Positions 50,649 through 61,243 of a stretch of 64,000 bases of DNA are shown piece after piece. Both the position numbers and the translations under genes were made by a program. How positions within the stretch are numbered: position 1 is the stretch's first letter; each line of letters begins with the position of its first letter. The DNA comes from Mytilus californianus. Taxonomy: Eukaryota. The stretch is from the NCBI RefSeq assembly GCF_021869535.1, contig NW_026262581.1, forward strand, positions 92,504,001-92,568,000, written 5' to 3'. The notes below the pieces were generated by a model. The model searched no databases, was not told the origin of the DNA, and was given only the letters and a program-made list of their open reading frames with translations.

Positions 50649-50945
50649 TAAGGAATGACTGTAATATTTTTTCTGTCTATCATGGAAGAAATAACATAAA
50701 AAATATGGTGCACACTGAATAACCGGCGTAGCGGGTTATTTTAAAGTGTGAACCACATTTTTTATGTTATTTCGAATAGACAGAAAAAATATTAAAGACA
50801 TTTCTTATAATTTAATTCTAAAAAGGAGTAAATATGATAAAAACGTTGATGACGTCGCGGTCACATGACAAAATCATGTCTATGAGCTGATAGACAAAAC
50901 ACTTTCAGCAAATCAGAAGACGTGTTACATCCAAAATTAAAGTAT
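50649..50945. mobile_element. Palindromic element (palindrome 50649-50808 centred on GCGTAGC) with a ~140-bp flank
   Basis: Arms ACTGTAATATTTTTTCTGTCTAT..GAAATAACATAAAAAAT.TGGTGCACACT and AGTGTGAACCACATTTTTTATGTTATTTCGAATAGACAGAAAAAATATTA. Confidence 0.75.
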
Positions 50946-51441
50946 TGCCAGATGGAAAATTGAAGATATGTCATTCTCCATTTGACTGATTCTTAGATAG
51001 TATTATACCAAATTTATCATTTTGATGTGAGTTTTTAACTCCTAATAGCTGTAATCATAGTTTTATTGTTTCACTGTATTTGGAATATAAGAGCTTTATG
51101 CTTTCATTATGTGGATAGGTAAAATGTATATAATTCTGAAAATTACATTCGAATTACAATCATTGTTTTCAGTTTGACTCGCAGGAGCCGTGTTTGTTTA
51201 GAGAAAGTTAGTTAACCTTTAATTGTAAACGATCAGATCATCAATTATAATTGTGTCCCAATTGGCTAAGCATTTTATTGAAAGACAACTTACGAAGTTT
51301 ACGACAGGTGAAGACAAACGCCGAATTGGCAATTGCTCATGCTTCTTTTTACCAGATGAGCCAAAAGGAATTCCAAATTTGTTCCAGTTCTGTCAGGTAA
51401 CATTATAATTGTAAAAATTTATTTTCTTACAGGTGTAAATC

Positions 51442-52656
51442 ATGTCTTCGAACACATTAAAACAAAGAATACTTGTCTGTGGGGGAGGAAATGGTGCACA
51501 TTGTTTATCCACGTTAGCTGCCTCACAGAAAAAATCAGAGGTACATGTTCTGACTTTATTTCAAGACGAGGCTGAACGTTGGACAAAACTGTTGGAGGAT
51601 TCCGATGTAAAATTGACAATAACCGATCTAGATGGAAGCCAGCGAGAGCTATTTGCAAAGCCAACCCTGATAACGAAGGATTCAGAAATAGCGATGGCTG
51701 GTGTTCAAATCATTTTCCTTGTCGTTCCAGCTTTCGCTCATGCACAATATTTTACGGCTATAGCACCACACCTTCAACCGAATACACTGATTGTTGGGCT
51801 TCCTGGGCAAGCTGGATTTGAATTTCAATGTAGAAGTATACTAGGTAACAAAGCGAGCACGTGTACTATAGCATCATTAGAATCACTGCCGTGGGCGTGT
51901 CGTATATTAGAATTCGGTAGACACGCTCAAATCCTTGGGGCAAAAGAATCTTTAGGTATATCCTACATTAAAGGAAAGTCGTGTAAATTACCCTTTCCAG
52001 AAGTCGAGTCCATTCAGGAAATTCTTGGTAAAAAACCCATAATTGAAAAAATACAGAACTACATTGCAATCAACTTGATGGCAAAATCTATGGTCCATCC
52101 TCCCATGCTATACGGAAAATGGGGAGACTGGGATGGAAAACCTTTACAGAAAGAACCATTATTTTATCAAGGTATAGATGAAAGACAAGCAGGATTGTTA
52201 TCTAAAGTCAGTGACGAATTGTTAGCTACTGGGAAAATGTTGGAAGAACTCAAAGAAGGCATAGACATGTCACAAGTAATACATATTTTTGATTGGTATA
52301 AAACTTACTATACAGATCAAATAACTGACAAAAGTTGTCTAATGATGGCCATGAGAACGAATAGTGCGTATGATGGACTTGTTCATCCCATGATTAAAAC
52401 TGAAGAGGGCTACATTCCAAATTTCAATCACCGATACACAACCGAGGATATTCCATATGGTCTTGTTGTAATGAAGGGCATTGCTGAAATTGCCGGAGTA
52501 GATACTCCCGTCATGGATGAAATTATTGCATGGGCACAACAAAAACTAGGCCAGGAGTACATCGTGGGATCGAAGCTTTCAGGGAAAGATGTTGACACAG
52601 CCAGAGCACCTCAGTCGTATGGACTAAAAACAGTCGATGAACTTTTTGATACTTAA
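51442..52656 (+). CDS. odh: Opine dehydrogenase paralogue 3, 404 aa, single coding exon
   Basis: CGGGNGAH, LPGQAGFEFQ, ESLPWACR, MAKSMVHPP, DWYKTYY, HRYTTEDIP. Acceptor TTCTTACAG ends at 51432, 9 nt before the ATG. Confidence 0.95.
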   Translation: MSSNTLKQRILVCGGGNGAHCLSTLAASQKKSEVHVLTLFQDEAERWTKLLEDSDVKLTITDLDGSQRELFAKPTLITKDSEIAMAGVQIIFLVVPAFAHAQYFTAIAPHLQPNTLIVGLPGQAGFEFQCRSILGNKASTCTIASLESLPWACRILEFGRHAQILGAKESLGISYIKGKSCKLPFPEVESIQEILGKKPIIEKIQNYIAINLMAKSMVHPPMLYGKWGDWDGKPLQKEPLFYQGIDERQAGLLSKVSDELLATGKMLEELKEGIDMSQVIHIFDWYKTYYTDQITDKSCLMMAMRTNSAYDGLVHPMIKTEEGYIPNFNHRYTTEDIPYGLVVMKGIAEIAGVDTPVMDEIIAWAQQKLGQEYIVGSKLSGKDVDTARAPQSYGLKTVDELFDT

Positions 52657-54156
52657 TGACCATTGAATTGTTAAGTTTTCGTGTGCCATAATGTTAATTA
52701 ATTTATTTTATTTTTTTATAGGTAATATATTTTATGACCAGTATCATATTTTTTGTTTATGCTACCCTATACAAAAACATATTACATTTTTATTACAATA
52801 GATTATAGTATCTTAGCATTAACAGACTACATGTATAATTATTTATGTAAATCAGCATCAAATTCCCTCTTTCTTGAATTTAATAATTGCAAAATGTTTG
52901 TGCAATACTATGCTTATGGTAAAAGGATAAACAAGTAATTATCAGCCAATCTGCATTACTTTCTTAGTTGCAATGGTAATGGTTTAATATCCGAGCTATT
53001 TTCATATTTCCTCTATGTGCTACATGTATAAGTTGCGGATTGTTATTTGTTATACTTGGGATGTTGTAGTTATCTCCCTTGTATCAGATATTTTATTAAA
53101 GTTTGATTTTAGAATACTTTTTGCAGTCTTTGTTTTATTTCGCACTTCACTTGTTTTGAAAGAAAGATATGTCAAGATCGTTGACAAAGCGAAAGGGTAA
53201 CAACCATTGTTTGCCGGCAACAATGGTCGGATAAAATTTCAAAAATTGTCTTATTTATGTTTATTATTCTTAATTTCCAAAGACGATAACAAATTTATTT
53301 TGATGAAAATTCAATTCATAAAAATAGTCAGACTTGATATTTCTTGAATAACTAGATACCTTCAAAATGCACACAGCTATAGTTACTTGTTTTGCGGAAG
53401 AAAAACTTTTAGCACCGCTCTAAATAGATAAACTAATTTAAAATTAGATTTATAACAGAGTATTACTTTTAATCTAACCATGCAAAACCAACAGGCTAAC
53501 TGAAGGTAAGTTAGTATATATTAAATAAGCATAAACATATATACATACGGCAACATACATGCATATAAATCAATAACATTGACCAGCAAACGTGAAAAGA
53601 AGAAATACCACCATTTAATCGACTTTCGTGTACAAAGACAAAATACATCATGAAAATGAATGCCTTTTTCTAAACGCATAGTATGGAACACTTGAGTATA
53701 GTAATGCTGAATTAATAAACTTGAGAGTTTACAGATAGAGATTGAAAGGATCAAGGCTAGCTTCTATAAATGTATTGTAGAATGAAAATTTCGAAGATTC
53801 TTTTCTTGGCGTAGTTTTATAAAACAACTTACCCTATCGCAACTTTAGTTCAAATATACTACCCAAATGTCTCAATGCATTTATTCTTATAATTACAAAG
53901 AATTCCAAATCCTTTACAACCGATAATTATTAATGATAAATAATTACTATAGAAAAGCTTAAAAACATCATAATTGTATATCGTGCAATGTGTTGATAAA
54001 ATGAATAGATTTGTATAGCTTTTCATCAATAAAATAAAATTTTAAGATTGGAAACGCGTCTGATGTGTTTTCGAGTCCTCCAAGTTAAAAGAAATTGTTA
54101 TTTTTCATAAAATGTACATTTCTTTGGAAAATAATTGATGTTTTCTTCAAATTTTA

Positions 54157-54300
54157 TTTTTATACCACCGCTCCAAAAGAGGGGAAATATGGTTAACATC
54201 TATCCGTCCGTCAGTCTGTACTTAACACATTTCTGTCGAACTTTTTCTCAGCAACTACACCTTATATAGCTTCTCGATCATTTGACACCAATCTTCATCT
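54157..54300 (+). mobile_element. HINE-like 5' fragment
   Basis: TTTTATACCACCGC..AAAAGAGGGG, a (GTCC)n microsatellite, then TTTTTCTCAGCAACTAC. Confidence 0.5.
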
Positions 54301-55248
54301 GGTAATGCAATAACATGTGACACGTTATCAATTACTTCGGTGTTCTTCTTCCTGTTTGCCAAATTCGTATAACCTATAATTATCTAACCCCAAAACATGT
54401 CCGAAGGTGAGAGCTTTATATAACACTTTTCCAGAACAAAGGATAGACAAGATTGTTACCGGTAGAAACAATACAGACATTGACAAACGAAATAATACAA
54501 AGTATAACACTGAAAACTAAAGCAAAATGCAACACGACTTCCTTTTAATGCAAAACTAGCGATAAACTCCGGTGCTCCAGAAGATTAAGCAGTTCTGCAC
54601 CACTAGTTACAACCATCGCTTTGCTAGTTTAAAGTAAAAATTCAGTGTTGTTACAACCCAGGAAGAGGACGGGATTGTGGCTGCAACAAGTGGAACATGT
54701 CTATATATGTGTAGGTGTGTTTTTCTGTTGTATCATTGGTTCACTATTCGAGATTATAAGATTGGGTTGGGTACACTTTTAACTAAGCCGTATGATAACC
54801 TTGTAGTGTCAGTGTGCGAAATTGTATTATGAATTGCTGTCTCGTGTACGTTTACCTTACTTTTTCATTCTAAAAATGTCCGAAAATATAAGTGTAAATC
54901 ACCATTCACAGAAGAAAACCTGTTGCAGCTACACAGAACAGTAAGATACAAAGGTAATTAAAATTAACCCGACAAACTTTGAACCGCCATCATCACAAAT
55001 GTTGATCGGTAATCCGAATACATAACCAAAAAAAAAACATGTCAGAAAGTCAGCAACGTAACCCTTATTTGAAAACGGCAGTAAATGTTACGGGTTTAAT
55101 GAAAGTTTTATTTAAGCACTGAACAATACGATTATAAGATATTATTTTGTATAAACGTTATCAAGCATTAAATTGGTGAAATTTTAATCCAGTGAGTCGC
55201 TCATTGTTCTTCAATCATTTTCAATTTTAGGGGAAAACTAATTCCAGT

Positions 55249-57174
55249 ATGGAGAGAGTAATATCGCCTATCAACTGTATCGAGCATCCAAAATTGCTCT
55301 TGAGTTATTATTGTTCTAGTCACGATACAGTATTCTGTGATAATTGCAAAACTGAAATACATGGATCTTGTGCTGAAGTCCACACTGTTAAAAATGCATC
55401 CAAGTCAATCAGTGATGGTGACATTGTAAAAGCCCTTGTATCCCGTATAACGGAAGCAAAGGAATCACTATCAGGTACAACCGACAAACTTGAAGACAAC
55501 ATAGCTACTTTAAGCCGACAATATGACAGAATTAAGCAAAATATTTTCACTGCACGGCAATCTATCAATGAGTATTTTGATTCTCTGGAGGCAGAATTGA
55601 CCAATGTTGTGCATGAACGCTGCATTAAGGGCGTAGAAGAGAAAATAGTAGAACTGGAGAGAAGGAATTATACTTTAGACCAATGGGAAGACGATCTACA
55701 GTTAGCCATGCGCAATGATGATGAAGAAATGCTGTTTACAGTAGTAAAGATCTTAAGTAAATTACATAATGATATGGACTCATATTTAAATGACATTTTT
55801 AAAGAAATAAAAATAAAGCATGTTAGATGGACCCCAATTAGAACAGACAAGGCGTCAATAGTATCCTTTGTTGGCAAAGTGTCTTTGAGCGAAATGTCAT
55901 CCACAATACAGAGACCAAGCTCTGGTAAATTTACGAAAGCCTTGACTCGCGAATCAAGTCGGGTTTCTCCAAGGAGCATTGGAGCCGTTAATATCACACA
56001 GGAAAGTAAAACAGAGCAAGGTCTAGAGAAGGTGTCAATAAAAACTAAACAGGGATGGGATGAGATTTCTAGTAAAGTTAAGGACGAGGAAGTAGAAATC
56101 ACCGGTGTTAATGCGGGCTTAAATCGGGCAAGTACAAAAAACGACATGAAATCAACTGAAACGTCCACGGTTATTGATTTAGAAGATGGAAGTTTGAAAG
56201 GCACCAACGTGTCTAATGACACAAATAACCGAACGGAAATAAAAGTAGATGAGAAAATTTGCCAAGAAAACGATAGTGAGCAAAACCAACACATTGGGAA
56301 TTCACTTAACCAAGAGAAAGGCGATACTGTTCCTGATGGTGGCAGAAAAATGACAAGTACGAGAGGGTCTAGTCGATGTAAACCTGAGCCAACCATTTAT
56401 AGTGCAAAGTCTAAATTTGAAGCAACTAACTTAGGGCGGAAAAGTAGCACAGAGATGCAGAGAGGATTATTTTTGAGAAATGATGGTATGCTATTCATGG
56501 ACAAGACTAACAAACACATTTTTATATGCAACAAAGAAGGGCAGATGCTGCATAAAATTAGCCTCAATTATGAACCCCTGGATGTTACAATGTTGGATGA
56601 GGGTCGTGCAGTGGCAACTATAGGAGACAATGGAATTCAAATAGTCAACATACACAGCCTACGAAAAGAAAAAGCTCACGATGTCGGGGGATTCTGTGGA
56701 GGGATCACATCATATAAAGGACAAATAATTGTAAGTGTAGATAAGAAGTTGCGTTTACTCGACGCTTTGGGGTATACACTGCGTCGTTTACAACATGATG
56801 GGAGCGCCTCATTTGTCTGCTCAGATAATGCGGGTAAGATATATTATACCGACTCAATGGATCATGCCGTTCATTGCATAGCATGGTTTGGAATCCCAGT
56901 GTTTACCTACAGCAACAAGGGCTTAAAGTGTCCAATGGGAATCGTTGTTGATTCTGATTGGTTCGTCTACGTGGCTGGGTTTGAATCGTGTAATGTGCAA
57001 AAGCTGTGGCCAAATGGAAGATATCATTCTGACTTTTTGACTGAAAAGGATGAATTGCATGAACCATCATCTCTTGCATACAACGAGAATGAACATGAAA
57101 TTTTAGTTATAAGTGACAATAACCAAACTGTGGAATTGTATGATCTGAATGATGGCATTCGACATCAACAGTAG
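55249..57174 (+). CDS. RING-less TRIM-like protein (B-box, coiled coil, low-complexity linker, NHL/beta-propeller), 641 aa
   Basis: B-box2 CIEH-x7-YCSSHDTVFCDNCKTEIH, helical coiled-coil region, and C-terminal NHL-type repeats (EPLDVTML, GKIYYTD, LKCPMGIVVDSDWFVYVAG, EPSSLAY). Acceptor TTTTAG ends at 55230 with an open in-frame stretch to the ATG, so an upstream coding exon cannot be excluded. Confidence 0.85.
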   Translation: MERVISPINCIEHPKLLLSYYCSSHDTVFCDNCKTEIHGSCAEVHTVKNASKSISDGDIVKALVSRITEAKESLSGTTDKLEDNIATLSRQYDRIKQNIFTARQSINEYFDSLEAELTNVVHERCIKGVEEKIVELERRNYTLDQWEDDLQLAMRNDDEEMLFTVVKILSKLHNDMDSYLNDIFKEIKIKHVRWTPIRTDKASIVSFVGKVSLSEMSSTIQRPSSGKFTKALTRESSRVSPRSIGAVNITQESKTEQGLEKVSIKTKQGWDEISSKVKDEEVEITGVNAGLNRASTKNDMKSTETSTVIDLEDGSLKGTNVSNDTNNRTEIKVDEKICQENDSEQNQHIGNSLNQEKGDTVPDGGRKMTSTRGSSRCKPEPTIYSAKSKFEATNLGRKSSTEMQRGLFLRNDGMLFMDKTNKHIFICNKEGQMLHKISLNYEPLDVTMLDEGRAVATIGDNGIQIVNIHSLRKEKAHDVGGFCGGITSYKGQIIVSVDKKLRLLDALGYTLRRLQHDGSASFVCSDNAGKIYYTDSMDHAVHCIAWFGIPVFTYSNKGLKCPMGIVVDSDWFVYVAGFESCNVQKLWPNGRYHSDFLTEKDELHEPSSLAYNENEHEILVISDNNQTVELYDLNDGIRHQQ

Positions 57175-58100
57175 GAGTTTTCCTCATGAAAGGATTTGTA
57201 TAATTTTCAAACTTCTTTGGTCTCTTGAACTTTAACAAAAATGGCAACTCTCATTCTATGTGAAGATATTAATGTTGTTTTGTTTCCAGTATATTAAAAA
57301 GGGAAAATGTGTACATTAGCACAGACATAAATATATAACCATGATAAATGTCCCTCGTATATATATATTTTTAATCAATCTGCATACAGTATAATAGTAA
57401 CTGGAATTCTTGAATAAATATAAAAATAGTCATTCCAGGAATTTGTCTTTGCCATAATTCACTTTTTTCAAACCCAAGTCATTCCAAATGACAATCAATT
57501 ATTAGATTAATGGGAAAGGGTTAATTGATCTTAATTGTTTGACAATCTGACAAAAAACGATAACGATATATTTTTTTTTCAATTTGACAATAACCGGGAC
57601 AACTAAAGGAGTGAAAAAATGATACGGGAAAAATCGTTCTTTGGCACTAGCTAGCGAAAGCTAAATAGCCTCGTTTGACGAATGACAACAATTAATCCAG
57701 GCCCATATGAGGGTCATGATTGCAAACTAGAGATTCCAAGAATGCAGTGTCATTCAGTGGCATATGCACATGATAGTTTTTGTTTCTGAAATAAATTTTT
57801 GATGCTTTGGCAGTTGAAAGTGGATAAAAATGCAGAAAAAAAGACCCTCTTCTTGACACTTTATTCAGAAAATGTTTGGGAACGGGAGTTCCCATATCAG
57901 CTGTATCCGGAAGATTAATAAAACTGCTGAGAAGCAAACATTTAACATGCACATTTTTTTTTTGTTATTTGCATTCATTTGAGCCCCTATTTAATAGCAA
58001 TTCAACAAAATAAGTTGAAATAAACCTCCCAAGTATCACATTCAGAAAATTCAAGGATTCTCCACATACGGCAGGTTCTTAAGTTGGTGTTAGTTTTGCA

Positions 58101-59453
58101 ATGTTACCGAAAAACAGACATATGGCCTCTTCCGAACATTTGAAAGTCCCTACTATGTACTGGTTACCTAAATTGCACAAAAAACCATTTAAATTCCGTT
58201 TCATCTCCGCATCTAGTAAGTGTTCTACTACTAATCTATCCGTGCTTCTAACTACCTCCCTTACTACTATCAAAGAACTTGTTATTAACTTTTGTAATAA
58301 AGCTTATGAAAATAATGGTATTAATTATTTTTGGAGTGTTAAAAATTCTTTAGAGGTTTTAGACAAAATACATGCTTTTGATGGTCCTTTTAATTCTGTT
58401 GACAGTCATGATTTTTCTACTCTCTATACTACACTTCCACACAATCTTATCAAGAAAAAGTTTTCATATTTAATTAAATGGTCTTTTGAAAAATCTCATT
58501 ACAAATTTATTTGCTGTAACTCGTTTAAAGCCTTTTTCTGTAACGAAAAAGGAAAGTATGCTAGATACACTTACTGGAAATGTGAAGATATGATTGAAGC
58601 TTTAAATTTTCTCCTGGACAACATATATGTACGTTTCGGCGATAGAGTGTATCGACAAGTAGTAGGTATTCCTATGGGCACTAACTGCGCCCCTTTAATA
58701 GCAGATTTATTCCTGTATTGCTATGAATCTCAGTTTATGACCAAACTCAGTAAAGACACGTCATTGATACATTTGGTTGATACATTCAACAATACCTTCC
58801 GTTATCTAGATGATATTTTTTCGTTAAATAATCCAGAGTTCTCTAAATATACTACCGAAATTTACCGAATAGAACTTACTTTAACTAAATCTAACATAAA
58901 CAGCAGTAGTTGTCCTTTTCTGGATTTGGACATTTCAATCTCTAAAGGAAAACTCCATACGAAAATTTACGACAAAAGAGACGATTTTTCATTCCATATT
59001 GTTAATTTTCCTTTTTCAGACGGCGATGTTCCTTTGGCTCCATCATACGGTGTATATATATCCCAACTCGTTCGTTATGCCCGTGTGTGTAGTAATGTCA
59101 TAGATTTTAACGAACGTAATCAATGCATCACTGGTAAATTATTAAATCAAGGATTTCGTTACCATAAATTACGTAAAACATTTTCTAAGTTCTTTCATAG
59201 ATACAAAGATTTGATTAGTTAATTTGGCTGTACTTGTAGAAAACTCATTAAAAACGGTATTTCACATCCTAAATTTTACGGTAATATTGTACTTAAAGCG
59301 CGGAAATCACTATGAGATCCGTGTAAACTCATCGAACCTTTAAACAAACTTATTAGTAAAGGTTATCTTACCAATGTTGTAATTAGATCTTTGAATATAG
59401 TTTACATTGGCACTAATATCGATTTTGTCATCAGCAAATTAAAACATGACTAA
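58101..59453 (+). mobile_element. 5'-truncated Penelope-like retroelement RT (Naiad-like layout: RT is C-terminal)
   Basis: YWLPKLHK..FRFI, DFSTLYT, GIPMGTNCAPLIADLFLY, FRYLDDIF, TKIYDKRDDF, SYGVYISQLVRY. The frame continues past TAA 59220 and TGA 59313 to TAA 59451 with no GIY-YIG domain. Confidence 0.9.
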
Positions 59454-60179
59454 ATTTGTATTTTTTTCAAGTGGGATGTATAAAGACACACCCACGTTCG
59501 TTTAGATCTATAAAGAGGTTAAACTCTTAACTATCCTACTGTCTGTCGATACATTATTTTTTTTTGCATTGCACTAGTCATGTCTTCTTTGACTGTCCAT
59601 GACGTTAAAATACTAAATCCCTGGGATGTGTTTTAGTTGATTTTAGTCTCTGATGCATGATTTTTTATTATTAATTGTTTTGGCTTTTAACTAGCTGTCA
59701 GTAACTGCGAGTACTCTCAAATCGTACTTTCTTGTTTATTTGACCTGTTGATACTAATTGTATTGCTTTTTTGTTATTTAATGTTATTCAGGGTTATATC
59801 TGGTCTATATACCAGCTTTGATAAGTGTTTGGTATAACTATAAATTTTCACTTCGTACTATGAACATCAAAATTATTTATTTTGTAAAAATATTTCCTTT
59901 CTCTATTGGTACTGTACACGTATACCTAACAACAAAATTATTTTCATTTACCTGTCTTTAAAGTTATTGCAAATGGCTGATATTTTTGTTCGAGCATATT
60001 GTTTTTCTTTAATTGTTTAACATTTCTTACCGATATAATATGTTACTTTTATTATTCTTCCCTTAGTTTATTTGTTTTGTATTTACATTGTGTCATAGGT
60101 CAAATTTATTTGTTCAGTGTATGTTCAATGGTGTTAATATGTCCTTTGATTGAGTTAAGCTATTTCAGTTGATATTTTA

Positions 60180-60555
60180 TAGTGTGTCTTTCTATGTTGT
60201 GATGTTACACTATTGTTTCAGAAAAAGGGTGAAGGTTTGGTACCATTAAAACGTTTAAACCCGCTGCATTTGTTTGCACCTGTCCTAAGTCAGGAATCTG
60301 ATGTTCAGTAGTTGTCGTTTGTTGATGTGGTTCATAAGTGTTTCTCGTTTTTTATATAGATTAGACCGTTGGTTTTCCCGTTTGAATGGTTTTACACTAG
60401 TAATTTTTGGGGGCCCTTTATAGCTTACTGTTCGGTGTGAGCCAAGGCTCCGTGTTAAAGACCGTACTGTGACCTATAATGGTTTACTTTTATAAATTTT
60501 GACTTGGATGGAGAGTTGTCTCATTGGCAGTCATACCACATCTTCTTATATCTAT
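60180..60555 (+). mobile_element. Longest copy of the dispersed terminal repeat, about 0.7 kb downstream of the PLE RT
   Basis: Contains every segment seen in the shorter copies; ends CATACCACATCTTCTTATATCTAT. Confidence 0.85.
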
Positions 60556-60948
60556 ATATGAAATATAAATTCAATATGTAATTTGCTCTAATATGAACCC
60601 CTGAAAATGAAAAAAAGACGTGGAACCCAAAACAATAAAACGAAATGACCATGAGTTCCCACTGTAAAATCTTAATCTGTGATTATGTAAAGCAGGTAAG
60701 CGATATTAAGGCTTATAACGCTAATGAAGAATATTGATGTTCAAAAAACACAATTATCTGTTTAATGAAGCAGAAAAGTATCATTTCCTTGAATTTTCTT
60801 AATCCAAGGGGTGTTATTGAATCCATGGTATAGAGTATAAGTATATTTGGTATCTGCACATACTCGTTGCATAATGAAACCGAGCAGAAAATTGTCAATT
60901 TTATGATAATGTCAAAGATCAAGAAAATATTTGATATACCAGATATAT

Positions 60949-61108
60949 AGATTCCACCACTGCATCAAGTGTAATACGATATTTCTCCACTCGAGACAGT
61001 TAAATTTTAAAATTTAAAACGCGAGGTTTGCCGAGCTTTTTAAATATTTAAATTTAAGTGTTGAGAGTGGAGAATTATCGTAATGCACGAGGTATAGTGG
61101 TGGAATCT
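60949..61108. repeat. Long imperfect palindrome centred on GAGGTTTGCCGAG
   Basis: Arms AGATTCCACCACT..CGATATTTCTCCACTC and GAGTGGAGAATTATCG..AGTGGTGGAATCT. Confidence 0.8.
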
Positions 61109-61130
61109 GTTTCTCTGATGATTTTAATAG

Positions 61131-61243
61131 ATATAAAAACATGTGGTATGAGTGCCAATGAGACAACTCTCCATCCAAGTCACAATTTGTAAAAGTAAAC
61201 CATTATAGGTCAAAGTACGGCTCACACCGAACAGCAAGCTATA
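61131..61243 (-). mobile_element. Short PLE-terminal repeat copy, cut by a Tc1 insertion at TA
   Basis: ATGTGGTATGAGTGCCAATGAGACAACTCTCCATCCAAGTCACA...CTCACACCGAACAGCAAGCTATA, immediately followed by CAGTC. Confidence 0.85.

Noticed and set aside
51356-51432. 41-nt mini-exon and 36-nt intron upstream of paralogue 3 as a coding extension
   Set aside because: The intron would be implausibly short, and the upstream ATG would be out of frame with the CDS.
12000-52000. Hypoxia-response elements (RCGTG) near the opine dehydrogenase genes
   Set aside because: The occurrences are sparse, mostly inside repeats, and not positionally conserved among the paralogues.
14064-52656. Bacterial contamination or an operon, or an opine-metallophore pathway, as explanation for the intronless genes
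   Set aside because: The genes have splice acceptors, lie 10-27 kb apart among animal transposons, and closely resemble molluscan enzymes. No nicotianamine-synthase-like or transporter genes are present.
55320-56396. Antisense ORFs (101 and 242 aa) overlapping the TRIM-like gene
   Set aside because: Shadow frames of a long coding exon, with no recognisable domain.
59313-59315. In-frame TGA in the PLE ORF as a selenocysteine codon
   Set aside because: Some Naiad elements are reported to encode selenoproteins, but this is a single TGA downstream of a TAA. It is easily explained as CGA>TGA decay, and I saw no SECIS.
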